A stretch of DNA of 64,000 nt, taken from assembly GCA_965199825.1 (NCBI GenBank), contig OZ241329.1, positions 768,001-832,000 of the forward strand, given 5' to 3'. Positions 31,424 to 42,181 of this stretch are shown here, piece by piece (positions within the stretch are counted from its first letter, which is position 1; each line of letters opens with the position of its first letter). A program made the position numbers and the translations under genes. The notes under the pieces were generated by a model. It did not search any database. It was not told the DNA's origin and worked only from the letters and a program-made list of their open reading frames with translations. Origin of the DNA: Bdellovibrionales bacterium (lineage in GTDB: Bacteria; Bdellovibrionota; Bdellovibrionia; Bdellovibrionales; UBA1609).

Positions 31424-32898
31424 CCTTGATTCCCCATTGGCTGACTTAAAAACTGCGAGCCATCAAAACTAACGATTCTTTTATCACCATCAACGATAGT
31501 GGCGACATGGACGGGTCTGCTCCAAATTGCAAAAAGATTTTGTAAGGTCGCATTCATATACTCGCCCTGCATTTCGATACCTTCGTACATGTGCTGAAGC
31601 AGCAGCTCACCTCGATTGTTAAAGTTGGCATCGACCACCGAAATTATGGGTTGGCCAAAATTGGTAAGCTGAAACAAAAACTTCTTTTTGATCAGCTCAA
31701 AATCGCGGGTGTCGACTTCGTATTGGTTGGTGCGCTTATTAAATTTGTAAACAAACATTTTATTTTCGACACAGAACTCTTCGGTCAAAAATTCATCGAT
31801 AAACGTGACGTCGTTGTAGTGCTTGCGGACTTCAAAAATTTTTTTGCGGCCAAGGCCTGTTTGTTTGTCCCAGTTCTTTTTTAGAGAAATGTCGTTGCAC
31901 TCTGACCATTCTCTGCCGAATTGGCCTTTGTTCCAGCGCATCTCGATATTGCGAAAGAGTTCGATGCCCACTTTATAGGGATTGAATCCTGTGGGCGACA
32001 TCGCCATCGTGCCCGCATGACGATCGGCAAAATCAATAATTTCTGAGTCATCCACAATTCGCTCGGTCATCAATTTGGAGTGCCAGTAGGAGGCCCAACC
32101 TTCGTTCATGATTTTGGTCATTCCTTGAGGCGCAAAATAATAGGCCTCATCACGAATGATCGACATAATGTCTTGCTGCCAATTTTTAAGAGGTGCGGTG
32201 TGAATCAAAAATTTGAGAACATCACGCTCGGGAGGAGGGGCAGCAGTCATCTGGTCTTCGCGCTTTTGCATTTCGCGCAAGTATTCGGGCGGATTGATGT
32301 AACCTTCCATATAGTCGCGGTGCACTTTGAGTTTTCCAGGCGCCGACTTTTCACTGGGTGGAGGAAGCACATCTTCTTTTATTTTAATTTGTGAATAGGG
32401 AGAGTAGCGATCGATCAAATTTTCGATGCTTAAGCACTTATCAATAAAATCTTCGACCACATCCACACCCATCCGATCAATGTAGCGGCGGATGCGGGTG
32501 GAGTGATTGGCCATTGCATCCATCATTTTGCGATTGGTCTGCGAAAACCACATATTGTTTTTAAAAAAATCGCAGTGGCCAAATACATGGGCCATCACCA
32601 ATTTTTGATCGATAAATTCATTGCCCTCCATCAGATAGGCGTAACAAGGATCATTGTTGATCACGAGCTCATAGATTTTTGACAATCCATACTCATAACT
32701 TTTGGACATCCGGTCGTATTCCATTCCAAAACGCCAGTGAGGGTAGCGCACCGGAAATCCGCCATAAGAGGCGATCTGATTCATTTGCTCATAAGTGACG
32801 AGCTCAAAAATCGTGTCAAAAAAATCGAGGCCGACATCTGCGGCAATTTTGCAGATCTTTGCGCGCTCGCGTTCCAGTTCGGGAGTGAGGTTTGCCAT
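31417..32898 (-). CDS. spoVR: SpoVR family protein
   Basis: RYPHWRFG, IYELVINNDP, AHVFGH, TKIMNEGWASYWH. Confidence 0.95.
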   Translation of the reverse strand: MANLTPELERERAKICKIAADVGLDFFDTIFELVTYEQMNQIASYGGFPVRYPHWRFGMEYDRMSKSYEYGLSKIYELVINNDPCYAYLMEGNEFIDQKLVMAHVFGHCDFFKNNMWFSQTNRKMMDAMANHSTRIRRYIDRMGVDVVEDFIDKCLSIENLIDRYSPYSQIKIKEDVLPPPSEKSAPGKLKVHRDYMEGYINPPEYLREMQKREDQMTAAPPPERDVLKFLIHTAPLKNWQQDIMSIIRDEAYYFAPQGMTKIMNEGWASYWHSKLMTERIVDDSEIIDFADRHAGTMAMSPTGFNPYKVGIELFRNIEMRWNKGQFGREWSECNDISLKKNWDKQTGLGRKKIFEVRKHYNDVTFIDEFLTEEFCVENKMFVYKFNKRTNQYEVDTRDFELIKKKFLFQLTNFGQPIISVVDANFNNRGELLLQHMYEGIEMQGEYMNATLQNLFAIWSRPVHVATIVDGDKRIVSFDGSQFLSQPMGNQGA

Positions 32899-33987
32899 TT
32901 ATTTTCCCTTGCCGAGAAAATCCTTTATCGACTGCAAAATGCGATCGCGGTTTTCTATACGGCTCATCACAAGGTTTTCTTCATTGGTAAAAGATTTTTC
33001 AAGATCCTTAATAAACTGACCACTGCCGTATTTGCTCTCGACCTGGCCATAGCCAAACATATTTGTTTTTGGCAAAAAGAATTCTTTTAGCAATGCAATA
33101 CAGGCCTTGGTGTCCTCACCGCTCCAATTGTCGCCATCACTAAAATGAAATGGATAAATGTTCCACTGACTTGGAGGGTAATCGGTCTCAATAATTTGTT
33201 TACACAATTTGTAGGCCGAAGAAATCAGAGTTCCGCCCGATTCGGATGTCGAAAAAAACGTTTTCTCGTCAACCTCTTTGGCTGCGGCATCGTGAATAAT
33301 AAAACGGCTGTCGAGTCCTTTGTAGTTTCGTCTGAGCCACGTGTTGATCCAAAAACTCTCGAGGCGAACGATCTCTTTTTGCTCGTCACCCATCGACCCT
33401 GAGACATCCATCATATAAATCACGACCGCATTGGATTGCGGCTTTACCGATTTTTTTGAAGCGCGATACCGAAAATCTCTGCGGATCGGCACGATCACCG
33501 GATTGTTTGGATCATAGTTGCCGGTAGACATATAGCGCTTGAGAGCTTCTTTATAGGAGGATTTAAAATGGCGCAGCGACTCGGGCCCCACTTGCGATCG
33601 ACCGGTATAAGAATGAGTAACGCTATCAATATTTTTATTACCGCGCGACTGAATCCGCGGAAGCTCAAGCTCCTCGCCTAAAATATCGGCAAGCTCTTCA
33701 AAGCTAAGTTCGACTTCGAGCTCATGCTCACCGGGCTGATCGCCGGCTTCGCCCTTGCCCGACTCTTCAACTCCGTCGCCGGGTTGACCTTGTCCTTGGC
33801 CAACTCCACCCGATTGTTTTGGCCCATAACGAAAGCGCGGAATTTCAATCTGTGGGATCGGAATCTTGACGTACTCATTTTCGCGCTTACCGATCATTTC
33901 GCCATGGGTGACATACTTTTTGAAATTCTCTTTGATCCGTCCCCGCACAACATCGCGAAATCGACTGTGATCTTCTCGAATTCCCAT
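32899..33987 (-). CDS. yeaH: YeaH/YhbH (DUF444) vWA protein
   Basis: [24 protein letters not shown]; position between prkA and spoVR. Confidence 0.92.
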   Translation of the reverse strand: MGIREDHSRFRDVVRGRIKENFKKYVTHGEMIGKRENEYVKIPIPQIEIPRFRYGPKQSGGVGQGQGQPGDGVEESGKGEAGDQPGEHELEVELSFEELADILGEELELPRIQSRGNKNIDSVTHSYTGRSQVGPESLRHFKSSYKEALKRYMSTGNYDPNNPVIVPIRRDFRYRASKKSVKPQSNAVVIYMMDVSGSMGDEQKEIVRLESFWINTWLRRNYKGLDSRFIIHDAAAKEVDEKTFFSTSESGGTLISSAYKLCKQIIETDYPPSQWNIYPFHFSDGDNWSGEDTKACIALLKEFFLPKTNMFGYGQVESKYGSGQFIKDLEKSFTNEENLVMSRIENRDRILQSIKDFLGKGK

Positions 33988-33991
33988 AAAG

Positions 33992-36079
33992 CTATTTTTT
34001 ATCTTTCACATCACCACGTGCAAAAATGCTGGCCACATAATGGAGCACATCGATTGCCGAGATCTCATCGTAACCGAATTCTTTGATCAATCGAGTTTTG
34101 ACGATGTCGATTTTTTCTTGAGTGTCTTTATCTGTAACAGAGCTCACCAAGGACGTGAGCTTAATGCTGTCTTTTTGATCTTCGAAAAGTTTGAGTTCTA
34201 AAGCCCGATGCAGTCGCTCATTTGTTTTGTAATCAAATTTTTTACCTTCGAGAGACAATGCTCCGATGTAATTCATAATCTCACGGCGAAAATCATCTTT
34301 GCGTGATTCTGGAATTTCAATTTTGTCTTCAATTGATCGCATCAATCTTTCATCCGGCTCATCGTCCTGTCCGGTAAACTGATTTCGTACGCGCTCTTTT
34401 TGTGTGTAAGCCTTGACGTTGTCGATATAGTTTCCACACAAGCGTTGAAGTGCACCTTCGTCAGCCGAAATGGCTCGCTGCACTTCGGATTTAATGATCT
34501 CCTCATACTCTTGCTTCACCACACTTAAGAGTTCGCGGTAATCGGTTTTTAATTCTTCATTCGCAATCAGAGAGTGGTGCTTTAACCCAGCCTCGAGCTC
34601 ATTCATCACCATAAAAGGATTTACCGATCCCTTATTTCTTTGTTGCGCCATCACGATTGCGTTTGAAAGTTTGTCTTGAATGTAGCGAGGAGAAATCCCT
34701 CCAAGCCCTTCGCGTTTTGCATCTTTTCTTAACTCTTTGATATTGTCTTCGGTGTAGCTCGGAAGACTTTTGCCATCATATAATTTAAGTTTTTGAAGAC
34801 GGGTGAGATTTGCTTTTTTTGGTTTTTCTAAACGAGTGAGAATGGCCCACATCGCACCCATTTCAACCGTGTGCGGTGCAATGCTCACACCGCGAAGAAC
34901 CCGGCTATTAAAATCCTTGCGATAGATTTTAACTTCGTCTCGCAATTTTGTGATGTAGGGAATATCAATTTTGACGGTGCGATCCCTTAAGGCTTCCATA
35001 AACTCATTGTCTTGAAGTTTGCGATACTCAGGCTCGTTGGTATGCCCAATAATCACTTCGTCGATATAAGTTTGAGCAAACTTTTTTGGTTTAATTCTGT
35101 GCTCTTGCGAAGCTCCCAAAAGATCATACAGAAACGCGACATCGAGTTTTAAAACTTCAACAAATTCAATCATGCCGCGATTGGCGATATTGAATTCACC
35201 ATCAAAGTTAAATGCTCTTGGATCAGAATCCGATCCATATTCGGCGATTTTGCGATAATTCATATCGCCGGTGAGTTCGGTGGAGTCTTGGTTTTTTTCA
35301 TCTTTGGGTTGAAAGGTTCCGATTCCTACCCGATCGGCTTCGCTTAACACCAATCGTTTGACTCGCACGTGGCTCAAAACTTTTGAAACATCGCCATTAT
35401 AAATATCCATCAGTTTTTTAAAAATAAATCGGCTTGGCGGACAGAGCTCTCCTTTGATCTGCACCCGAAACTCGGTTTTGTTTCCGCGATTAAGTTCTTC
35501 ACAAATTTTGGCGCGCATCTCTTCAGGAATCAGTAGCAGAGGCTCTTCGTGCATCGGACTTGGAAACACTTTGACGTTGGGTCCCAGCACATCTTCAAAG
35601 CGGCCCTCTTCATCAAACCACTCGAAAGTATAAAGGGCACCCTGATCGGTTTTTGCGTATTTCTCCACACCTTGTTTGAGCAAGCGACAGATTGTCGACT
35701 TCGCACTTCCCACAGGGCCATGAAGAAGAATGACTCGCTTTTCGGTTCCATAGCCCAAGGCCGCAGCTCTCAAAACATTGACCAATTTCATCAACGGAAT
35801 TTCTGCGCCGAACACAGCGTCGCGTCCGTCATTTTCTTCGTCATCAAAAAAGCGATAATGGGTCATTTGTTTTTTAACGTCGGTGTAATTCTCAACACCT
35901 TTTTCGATCACAAGATCATACATGCGCTGAAAGGCATTGCGCGTGACCTTTGGATTTTCACGAATCAAATTGAGATAATCATCAAATGTTCCAGACCAAC
36001 TGAGATCTTGAAACATTTTGTTATCTTGTAAGGACTTGATGAGTGCGGAATAATCCACACGACCTGAATTGCCCGCCAT
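33992..36079 (-). CDS. prkA: PrkA/YeaG serine kinase / AAA ATPase
   Basis: [33 protein letters not shown]. Confidence 0.95.
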   Translation of the reverse strand: MAGNSGRVDYSALIKSLQDNKMFQDLSWSGTFDDYLNLIRENPKVTRNAFQRMYDLVIEKGVENYTDVKKQMTHYRFFDDEENDGRDAVFGAEIPLMKLVNVLRAAALGYGTEKRVILLHGPVGSAKSTICRLLKQGVEKYAKTDQGALYTFEWFDEEGRFEDVLGPNVKVFPSPMHEEPLLLIPEEMRAKICEELNRGNKTEFRVQIKGELCPPSRFIFKKLMDIYNGDVSKVLSHVRVKRLVLSEADRVGIGTFQPKDEKNQDSTELTGDMNYRKIAEYGSDSDPRAFNFDGEFNIANRGMIEFVEVLKLDVAFLYDLLGASQEHRIKPKKFAQTYIDEVIIGHTNEPEYRKLQDNEFMEALRDRTVKIDIPYITKLRDEVKIYRKDFNSRVLRGVSIAPHTVEMGAMWAILTRLEKPKKANLTRLQKLKLYDGKSLPSYTEDNIKELRKDAKREGLGGISPRYIQDKLSNAIVMAQQRNKGSVNPFMVMNELEAGLKHHSLIANEELKTDYRELLSVVKQEYEEIIKSEVQRAISADEGALQRLCGNYIDNVKAYTQKERVRNQFTGQDDEPDERLMRSIEDKIEIPESRKDDFRREIMNYIGALSLEGKKFDYKTNERLHRALELKLFEDQKDSIKLTSLVSSVTDKDTQEKIDIVKTRLIKEFGYDEISAIDVLHYVASIFARGDVKDKK

Positions 36080-36217
36080 GTGCTAACCTCCTCGAACTTA
36101 CACTTAAGTATGCATGAAAGGCGAAGGGGGTACCAATGAATCTACGACCCCGACTAATGACTAGGAATGCTCTGTAGTGTTCAAAGGGTTTTGCAATGAA
36201 CGGTTGAGCGGCAGCAG

Positions 36218-37042
36218 CTAGTGGCTATTCTGATGGTGGGCACGATGATGCCCCGAACAAAGAATTGTTAGGTTATCTAGTTCGTTCGTCCCGCCTTCTA
36301 ATATCGGTTTGATATGATGAATATCAATATGTCGCCGCTGCTGGCAGCGCACGCCGTTTTCATCAACATGCATGCATTGACTAGCGCATTTGTGCTGAAC
36401 TTGACGCTTGAGGATGACAGTCATTTTTTGTGAGCCAGTTTTCACAGGTGGGCACGATTTTTTTAGTGGGTCGTTTTTTGATAAAGCGGTTCGGGTGTTA
36501 TCTACCATCGTTTCTTGAATCGTTGCCGCGTGTCCTAATCGCTGACTCAAAAGATCACGCGAGCGTTCGAAGTCTTTAAATTCTTCCAAAGTCATAGCAA
36601 ACCGGATGTCCACTTGGAGTTCATCCCCCGCGTTATAAAGTCGTGCACGCTCTTTGAGTTTTTTTGCGGGTGAGGCTTTTGCCACTTCTTTTTCGAGAGC
36701 ACGCTTGGAGCCCTGTGCAAGTTTCAACCAATGTTCGGCATTTTTAGGAGTGATCACACTGCAAATTCGATTGGCTTTGGAGATCGAAAGTTGGCCCGAC
36801 GCAATTTGTGATTTGAGCTGTGGAATGACGGCACATTTTTTAGCAATTTTATTAAAAATGCTGGTGAGCTCTTCAGACATATTAAGTTTGTTGCAAGTAA
36901 AATCAAAAAGTGATCGACATCCATAAACGTAATGGGTTTTTGCTCGCCAAACATTTTCTATTGATAAGACCAATTCAACATCTGAAATATTTTTGGCCGA
37001 CACAGCTTTGAGTGCTCGAGAATAAATTTTTTGATGATCCAC
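36218..37042 (-). CDS. HNH endonuclease with helical (DUF222-like) N-terminal region
   Basis: QC..C..IHHIKP..GG.N...NL..LCSGHHRAHH; GTG start after AGGAG. Confidence 0.88.
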   Translation of the reverse strand: MDHQKIYSRALKAVSAKNISDVELVLSIENVWRAKTHYVYGCRSLFDFTCNKLNMSEELTSIFNKIAKKCAVIPQLKSQIASGQLSISKANRICSVITPKNAEHWLKLAQGSKRALEKEVAKASPAKKLKERARLYNAGDELQVDIRFAMTLEEFKDFERSRDLLSQRLGHAATIQETMVDNTRTALSKNDPLKKSCPPVKTGSQKMTVILKRQVQHKCASQCMHVDENGVRCQQRRHIDIHHIKPILEGGTNELDNLTILCSGHHRAHHQNSH

Positions 37043-37391
37043 AATTCGCTCCTATTTAATAAAGCGAAATATATCATAAAAAATATGCGCTGCAAATTGA
37101 TATAAATAAATATTGTAGGTTATTTCTCAAGCGAAATTTCCGGCGGTGATATTATCTTTATCAAAAGTTTGAGCGGGCACGATACTTGATCGCTAATTCA
37201 AACCGAAACATTTCGCACACCAGTAGACAGCGCTAGCCCTGGTTACAAATCATAGATGATAAAAACGGTGTGGTTTGTTATTCAACCGAAAAAATGATTT
37301 CGTGCATGAAGGTGAAATAAGATATTGGAAAATGTCGCTCAAGCGAGCGGGCACGATCACCGCTACTCATAGATCAGGAATGAAGATCCTG

Positions 37392-37447
37392 AAAAGCGAG
37401 TTCGGCTTGGCATAAGATTGCGAAAGCAATCGAATGTCTGAGCTTTT
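37392..37447. repeat. REP-like hairpin, copy C
   Basis: AAAAGCGAGTTCGGCTTGGCA...GATTGC-gaaa-GCAATC...ATGTCTGAGCTTTT. Confidence 0.75.
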
Positions 37448-37454
37448 AAGCATC

Positions 37455-38090
37455 TCAAGGTTTTTCTAAACTAAACAATCCCTCGCGCGCATCAATCTTA
37501 GGCGAATAGTTTTGAAAGTTCATCTGTAAGCTTCCCAATTCATGCGACACCATGACGGTTCGCTTATCTGCAAATCGGTCGCTCACTTTGATTTCGAGAT
37601 GATGAGGAATTTCTTGGCAAGTTTTTAGCAAACCTTTTTCATCGTTCGAACATTTCCAGTCTGCACTTTGAACAGGTCGATCAAATAAAATATTATAAAA
37701 CCAGTGCGGATCCATTGGGATTGGCAAAACGTTTTTTAGACTCTCTGGTTTTGCGGGCCCAACAAAAAACTTTTTCTGAGGGACTACGACGTACCGAAGC
37801 TCGTCGCCATTCAAAACAATTGTTGCAACATGCCCACCAAGACTTGAGGTGAGATCAATGCGCAAATGCTCGTCGCTGACCGCATTGGCTTTCATGTAAA
37901 GAATAAAAGTTTTTTGATTTTTAAGATCGCGAACCAAAACCTTGGCTTCAAAATGCCCTGAGGTTTTGTCGGATAATTTTACGGGTGTTGTTTGACAGTT
38001 AGTGAGAAGCAGGCTCGCGCAAAGTGGTATCGACCACTTGATGATCCACTGCTGCCAGTTTGCTACGGATTTCTTGAAGTTTCTTTTCAT
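37455..38090 (-). CDS. LolB-like lipoprotein (start uncertain)
   Basis: LLLTNC lipobox; LRIDL..SLG beta-rich pattern; follows a large TPR gene as lolB often does. Confidence 0.55.
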   Translation of the reverse strand: MKRNFKKSVANWQQWIIKWSIPLCASLLLTNCQTTPVKLSDKTSGHFEAKVLVRDLKNQKTFILYMKANAVSDEHLRIDLTSSLGGHVATIVLNGDELRYVVVPQKKFFVGPAKPESLKNVLPIPMDPHWFYNILFDRPVQSADWKCSNDEKGLLKTCQEIPHHLEIKVSDRFADKRTVMVSHELGSLQMNFQNYSPKIDAREGLFSLEKP

Positions 38091-39840
38091 CTTTCTCGGT
38101 CTCCACCGCTCGTCGGTACATGCTTTTTGCTTTGTCCACAAGCTGGAGTCGATAATAAACGTCGCCAAGGTGTTCGGCAATAATGCTTTCTTGAGGGCCC
38201 ACATTTGCGGCTTCTTCCAAAAATTTAAGCGATTGGTCAAATTCGCCTTTTTTAAAGTGAATCCATCCAATGGTATCCAAGATAAATGGATCATGCGGTT
38301 GAAGGGTCAATGCTTTTTCTGCAAGCTGCTCGGCTTTATCGAGTTCATGACCCTGTTGCGCATACGTGTAAGCCAAAAAATTGAGAGCTTGAACATGTTC
38401 GGGCTCTAATTTGAGGACGGTGTTCATTTCATCAATGCACTTGTCGGCTTTGTCCAAACGATCGGCCATTAATCCAAGATAAAAGTGGAGTTGTGGATTC
38501 AGTGGAAATTGAATCGTTGCGCTGGTGAGCATATTGAATGCGGTGCTTGATTCTTTTTGCTCATCTAGGATGGCGGCATAAAAAGCGTAAAGCTGGGGCT
38601 GGTCGTGACGTTCGCTTAAAGCTTTTTCGACAACCTTACGTGCTAAGCGCAGATCTGTTTTTTTGATGATCGATGCACTGTGGATAATAGCGTCGGGATA
38701 AAATTGGCTGTTTGAGGGAACAAGTTTAAAATGATCAAGAGCTTTATTGGTTTGCTGAATTTCTTCGTAAACGGCTCCAAGATAAAAACGAATCTTGTCG
38801 CTCTCAGGGGCTTGAACAATAATGTCTTCGAGTAAAACAACTGCACGCGGATACTCTTTGCGTTCAACCAAGAGCAAAGCAATTTTTAATTTTAGGGTCA
38901 AATTGTCATGCTCTAAATTATCGACAACCTCGAGTTCAACCAAAGCGTGATCGATATCTTCTTTTTCTAAATAATAGGAGGCAAGCTCTTGAGCCACATC
39001 ATGGTTTGGTCCGTAATGATCTTCAAAATCTCTTAATACTTTGATCATCGCCTCAATTTTATTCTGATCTTTAAGATTAGCGGCGAGATCTAAAATTGCC
39101 ACATCTAATCCGGGCTTGATGCTCAAAGCTTTTCGAAATGCGGCTTCGGCGTCTTTTAATTTTCCCATTTGTTCATAAACTTTACCTTCGAACAAAAAGG
39201 CTTGTGCGCGCTCGGGATTGTCTTTTTGATTGCTGAGCTCTTTGAAAATGGCAATCGCTTCGTCGTATCTTTTTTGCTCGGCCAACACGGCGGCTTTTAA
39301 AACTTTGGCAGAGGTATTGTCAGGATCAATTCTCAAAGCTTCTGTGTATTGAACCAAAGCTTTTTCATAAATTTTGAGTGTGCAGTAAATTTCGCCCAAT
39401 GCGAGATGAGTCCGAAGTGTGTCGGGCTCAATTTCAACCGCAATTTCGGCTTGCTCTAAAGATTCTGTCATTGCTTGAGTCTTTGCATACTCGCCAGCAA
39501 GGCGGAGATGTATCCCTGCAGCCTTTGGATCATAAATGGTTGCAAGCTTGAATTCTTCAATCGCTTCGGTTGATTTGCCGTCGAGACTCAAAGCCTCGCC
39601 CAAAGTGAAGTGATAATCAGCCTGGCTGCGAAGATATACTGGATCAAGGTTTGGATTTTTTAAATCCTCGCTCGGTGGTGTCATTGAGCGTGGTGCAAGA
39701 TTTGATAAGTTCTCAAAATTTTTAGTTTGTGATGCGCAACCCGCACAGATGAGTAAGAAAAGAGCACCACAAAATTTTATTTTCACCATCATACATTTAT
39801 TTCGGATGCTCGAAGATGTCGCATAAGGCTTGTGTTTCAT
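37999..39840 (-). CDS. TPR-repeat lipoprotein (start probably ~39790)
   Basis: CAGC lipobox; many TPRs; ALNFLAY, LDTIGW, EHLGDVY. Confidence 0.88.
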   Translation of the reverse strand: MKHKPYATSSSIRNKCMMVKIKFCGALFLLICAGCASQTKNFENLSNLAPRSMTPPSEDLKNPNLDPVYLRSQADYHFTLGEALSLDGKSTEAIEEFKLATIYDPKAAGIHLRLAGEYAKTQAMTESLEQAEIAVEIEPDTLRTHLALGEIYCTLKIYEKALVQYTEALRIDPDNTSAKVLKAAVLAEQKRYDEAIAIFKELSNQKDNPERAQAFLFEGKVYEQMGKLKDAEAAFRKALSIKPGLDVAILDLAANLKDQNKIEAMIKVLRDFEDHYGPNHDVAQELASYYLEKEDIDHALVELEVVDNLEHDNLTLKLKIALLLVERKEYPRAVVLLEDIIVQAPESDKIRFYLGAVYEEIQQTNKALDHFKLVPSNSQFYPDAIIHSASIIKKTDLRLARKVVEKALSERHDQPQLYAFYAAILDEQKESSTAFNMLTSATIQFPLNPQLHFYLGLMADRLDKADKCIDEMNTVLKLEPEHVQALNFLAYTYAQQGHELDKAEQLAEKALTLQPHDPFILDTIGWIHFKKGEFDQSLKFLEEAANVGPQESIIAEHLGDVYYRLQLVDKAKSMYRRAVETEKDEKKLQEIRSKLAAVDHQVVDTTLREPASH

Positions 39841-40006
39841 TTCTGGTCAAAGGCTTGGGCAATTCGCCAAGGACCAGGTTTTAAGCTCGACTTGACAGGT
39901 TGTGACGCGCGGGAATATGTTCAGCGCGATTTGGGGGGCCGCTTTGGTCACCTTTTGTGACCAGTCCAGGGTCGACATTTAGTGGTTATTCTTTGAGGGA
40001 GGCATT

Positions 40007-40543
40007 GTGAATCAAGAGACGGTAATGACGAGCAAGGCAAACAGCAGAACTAAAATAATCAAGCGATATCAAAATCGAAAACTCTACGACACTCAGCAAT
40101 CCTGTTACGTGACTTTAGACGACATCGCAAAAATGATTCGCTCGAGCGAAGACGTGATGGTGATCGATAATAAAAGCAAAAATGATATTACTGCTGCAAC
40201 TCTCACCCAAATTATTTTTGAATCCGAAAAGAAAGCTTCGCAGTACGCTCCCTTGTTTACGCTTCGTGAAATTATCCAAAACGGAAACGGCAGCATCTCT
40301 AGCTTTTTGGCAAAACTTGGCGCATTTCCTAAAGACTATGCCGAAAAACAAACCCAAGCTTTGGGCGAGATGATGAACTCCGATCGTAACGACTCACGCA
40401 GCTCTTACGATGATGTGAAGCAAACCCTCGAAGAACGTGTCGCAACCGCAGCCAACGCGGCCACGTCGTCAGATTCAAGCCAACGCGGCTACAATGAGCT
40501 TACTCCTGAGCTTCCATCGTCAAATAAAGGTTTTAACAACTAA
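40007..40543 (+). CDS. PhaR-like PHA synthesis regulator DNA-binding protein
   Basis: IIKRYQNRKLYDT..S.YVTL, DIT..TLTQIIFE. Confidence 0.85.
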   Translation: MNQETVMTSKANSRTKIIKRYQNRKLYDTQQSCYVTLDDIAKMIRSSEDVMVIDNKSKNDITAATLTQIIFESEKKASQYAPLFTLREIIQNGNGSISSFLAKLGAFPKDYAEKQTQALGEMMNSDRNDSRSSYDDVKQTLEERVATAANAATSSDSSQRGYNELTPELPSSNKGFNN

Positions 40544-40550
40544 TCATTTA

Positions 40551-40587
40551 TCTGCGTGCAACTTTTTGTTCACGCAGAGTCCTTTTT
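40551..40587 (+). terminator. Probable intrinsic terminator
   Basis: TCTGCGTG...CACGCAGA stem followed by T-run after stop. Confidence 0.5.
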
Positions 40588-40902
40588 AATTTTTGCGGCA
40601 TTTTGATTTTGAACTGATGTTGATCGTGAGCACGACAGCTTTGTGGGCACGTAAAAATCTCGAGAGGTGTCAGTCTTTAAATGACTGGGCACGATCAGTT
40701 GAAACTATCGACTCAACAAGAGTTTAGAACACCCTTAAAGATTTCGTTAGAAGCGGGCACGATAATATCTCCGGCGATGTTATTTTATGGGTCAATTAAA
40801 AATTAGCGGGCACGATAAATTCTATCTGATTATAATACCGCGGAGATGTCATTCAAGCTTCTCTCCCACATCATGTGCACGATCAAAGGCTTCTCGAAAA
40901 AA

Positions 40903-41785
40903 GTGGGCACGACAACTTACTGCGGGCACGACAACTTACTTGCGGACACGATAACTTACTTGCGGACACGATAACTTACTTGCGGACACGATAACTTACT
41001 TGCGGACACGATAACTTACTTGCGGACACGATAACTTACTTGCGGACACGATAACTTACTTGCGGACACGATAACTTACTTGCGGACACGATAACTTACT
41101 TGCGGGCACGATAACTTACTTGCGGGCACGACAACTTACTTGCGGGCACGACAACTTACTTGCGGGCACGACAACTTACTTGCGGGCACGACAACTTACT
41201 TGCGGGCACGACAACTTACTTGCGGGCACGACAACTTACTTGCGGGCACGACAACTTACTTGCGGGCACGACAACTTACTTGCGGGCACGACAACTTACT
41301 TGCGGGCACGACAACTTACTTGCGGGCACGACAACTTACTTGCGGGCACGACAACTTACTTGCGGGCACGACAACTTACTTGCGGGCACGACAACTTACT
41401 TGCGGGCACGACAACTTACTTGCGGGCACGACAACTTACTTGCGGGCACGATCACTTACTTGCGGGCACGATCACTTACTTGCGGGCACGATCACTTACT
41501 TGCGGGCACGATCACTTACTTGCGGGCACGATCACTTACTTGCGGGCACGACAACTTACTTGCGGGCACGACAACTTACTTGCGGGCACGACAACTTACT
41601 TGCGGGCACGATCACTTACTTGCGGGCACGATCACTTACTTGCGGGCACGATCACTTACTTGCGGGCACGATCACTTACTTGCGGGCACGATCACTTACT
41701 TGCGGGCACGATCACTTACTTGCGGGCACGATCACTTACTTGCGGGCACGATCACTTACTGTGGGCACGACAACTTACTTGCGGC
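40903..41785. repeat. 20-bp tandem array, consensus TGCGGGCACGACAACTTACT
   Basis: 42 full units at 40921-41760 plus terminal variant units. Confidence 0.98.
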
Positions 41786-41857
41786 AAAACCCTGAGCTCC
41801 AGCGACCGCAGTTTTAATTGTGAAGGCGTGACGAGGAAAACTTTGACTAAATAAAAA

Positions 41858-42151
41858 TCAATCGGTGATTTCTGCCTTCAAAGCCCAATCCACAATCACA
41901 TCCGAATTTGAAACCTGATCGGTCTCGATAAGAAGATTTCGATGCTCAGCAATGGCTATCGCCGTAAGGTCTCGCACCACCACAACATGTTGAGGTGACA
42001 TGGGGAGCACAACATCAAAAGCATGATCGTTTTGCTGTACGGTTGCGGTCACCACACCGCTCTCATCAATCGACAAAGCATGAGGATCGATGCTGACCCG
42101 AATGTAATCTGCTGCAAATGCCGAAAGAGCGCAAAATAAAAGTTGGAACAT
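41858..42151 (-). CDS. Small secreted hypothetical protein
   Basis: Signal peptide ending AFA; AGGAG RBS. Confidence 0.65.
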   Translation of the reverse strand: MFQLLFCALSAFAADYIRVSIDPHALSIDESGVVTATVQQNDHAFDVVLPMSPQHVVVVRDLTAIAIAEHRNLLIETDQVSNSDVIVDWALKAEITD

Positions 42152-42181
42152 AGAATCTCCTTTAAAACAAAATTACTACTA

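Noticed and set aside
36218..37042. IscB/Cas9/TasH assignment for the HNH proteins
   Set aside because: No PLMP, RuvC or Nop-like motifs are recognisable; only a C-terminal HNH
40903..41785. CRISPR array
   Set aside because: No unique spacers and no cas genes in the window
41120..41854. Three overlapping repetitive ORFs (RARQLTCGHDNLLAGTTTYL)
   Set aside because: Artefact of stop-free 20-bp units read in all three frames; TTG starts lie inside the repeat with no RBS
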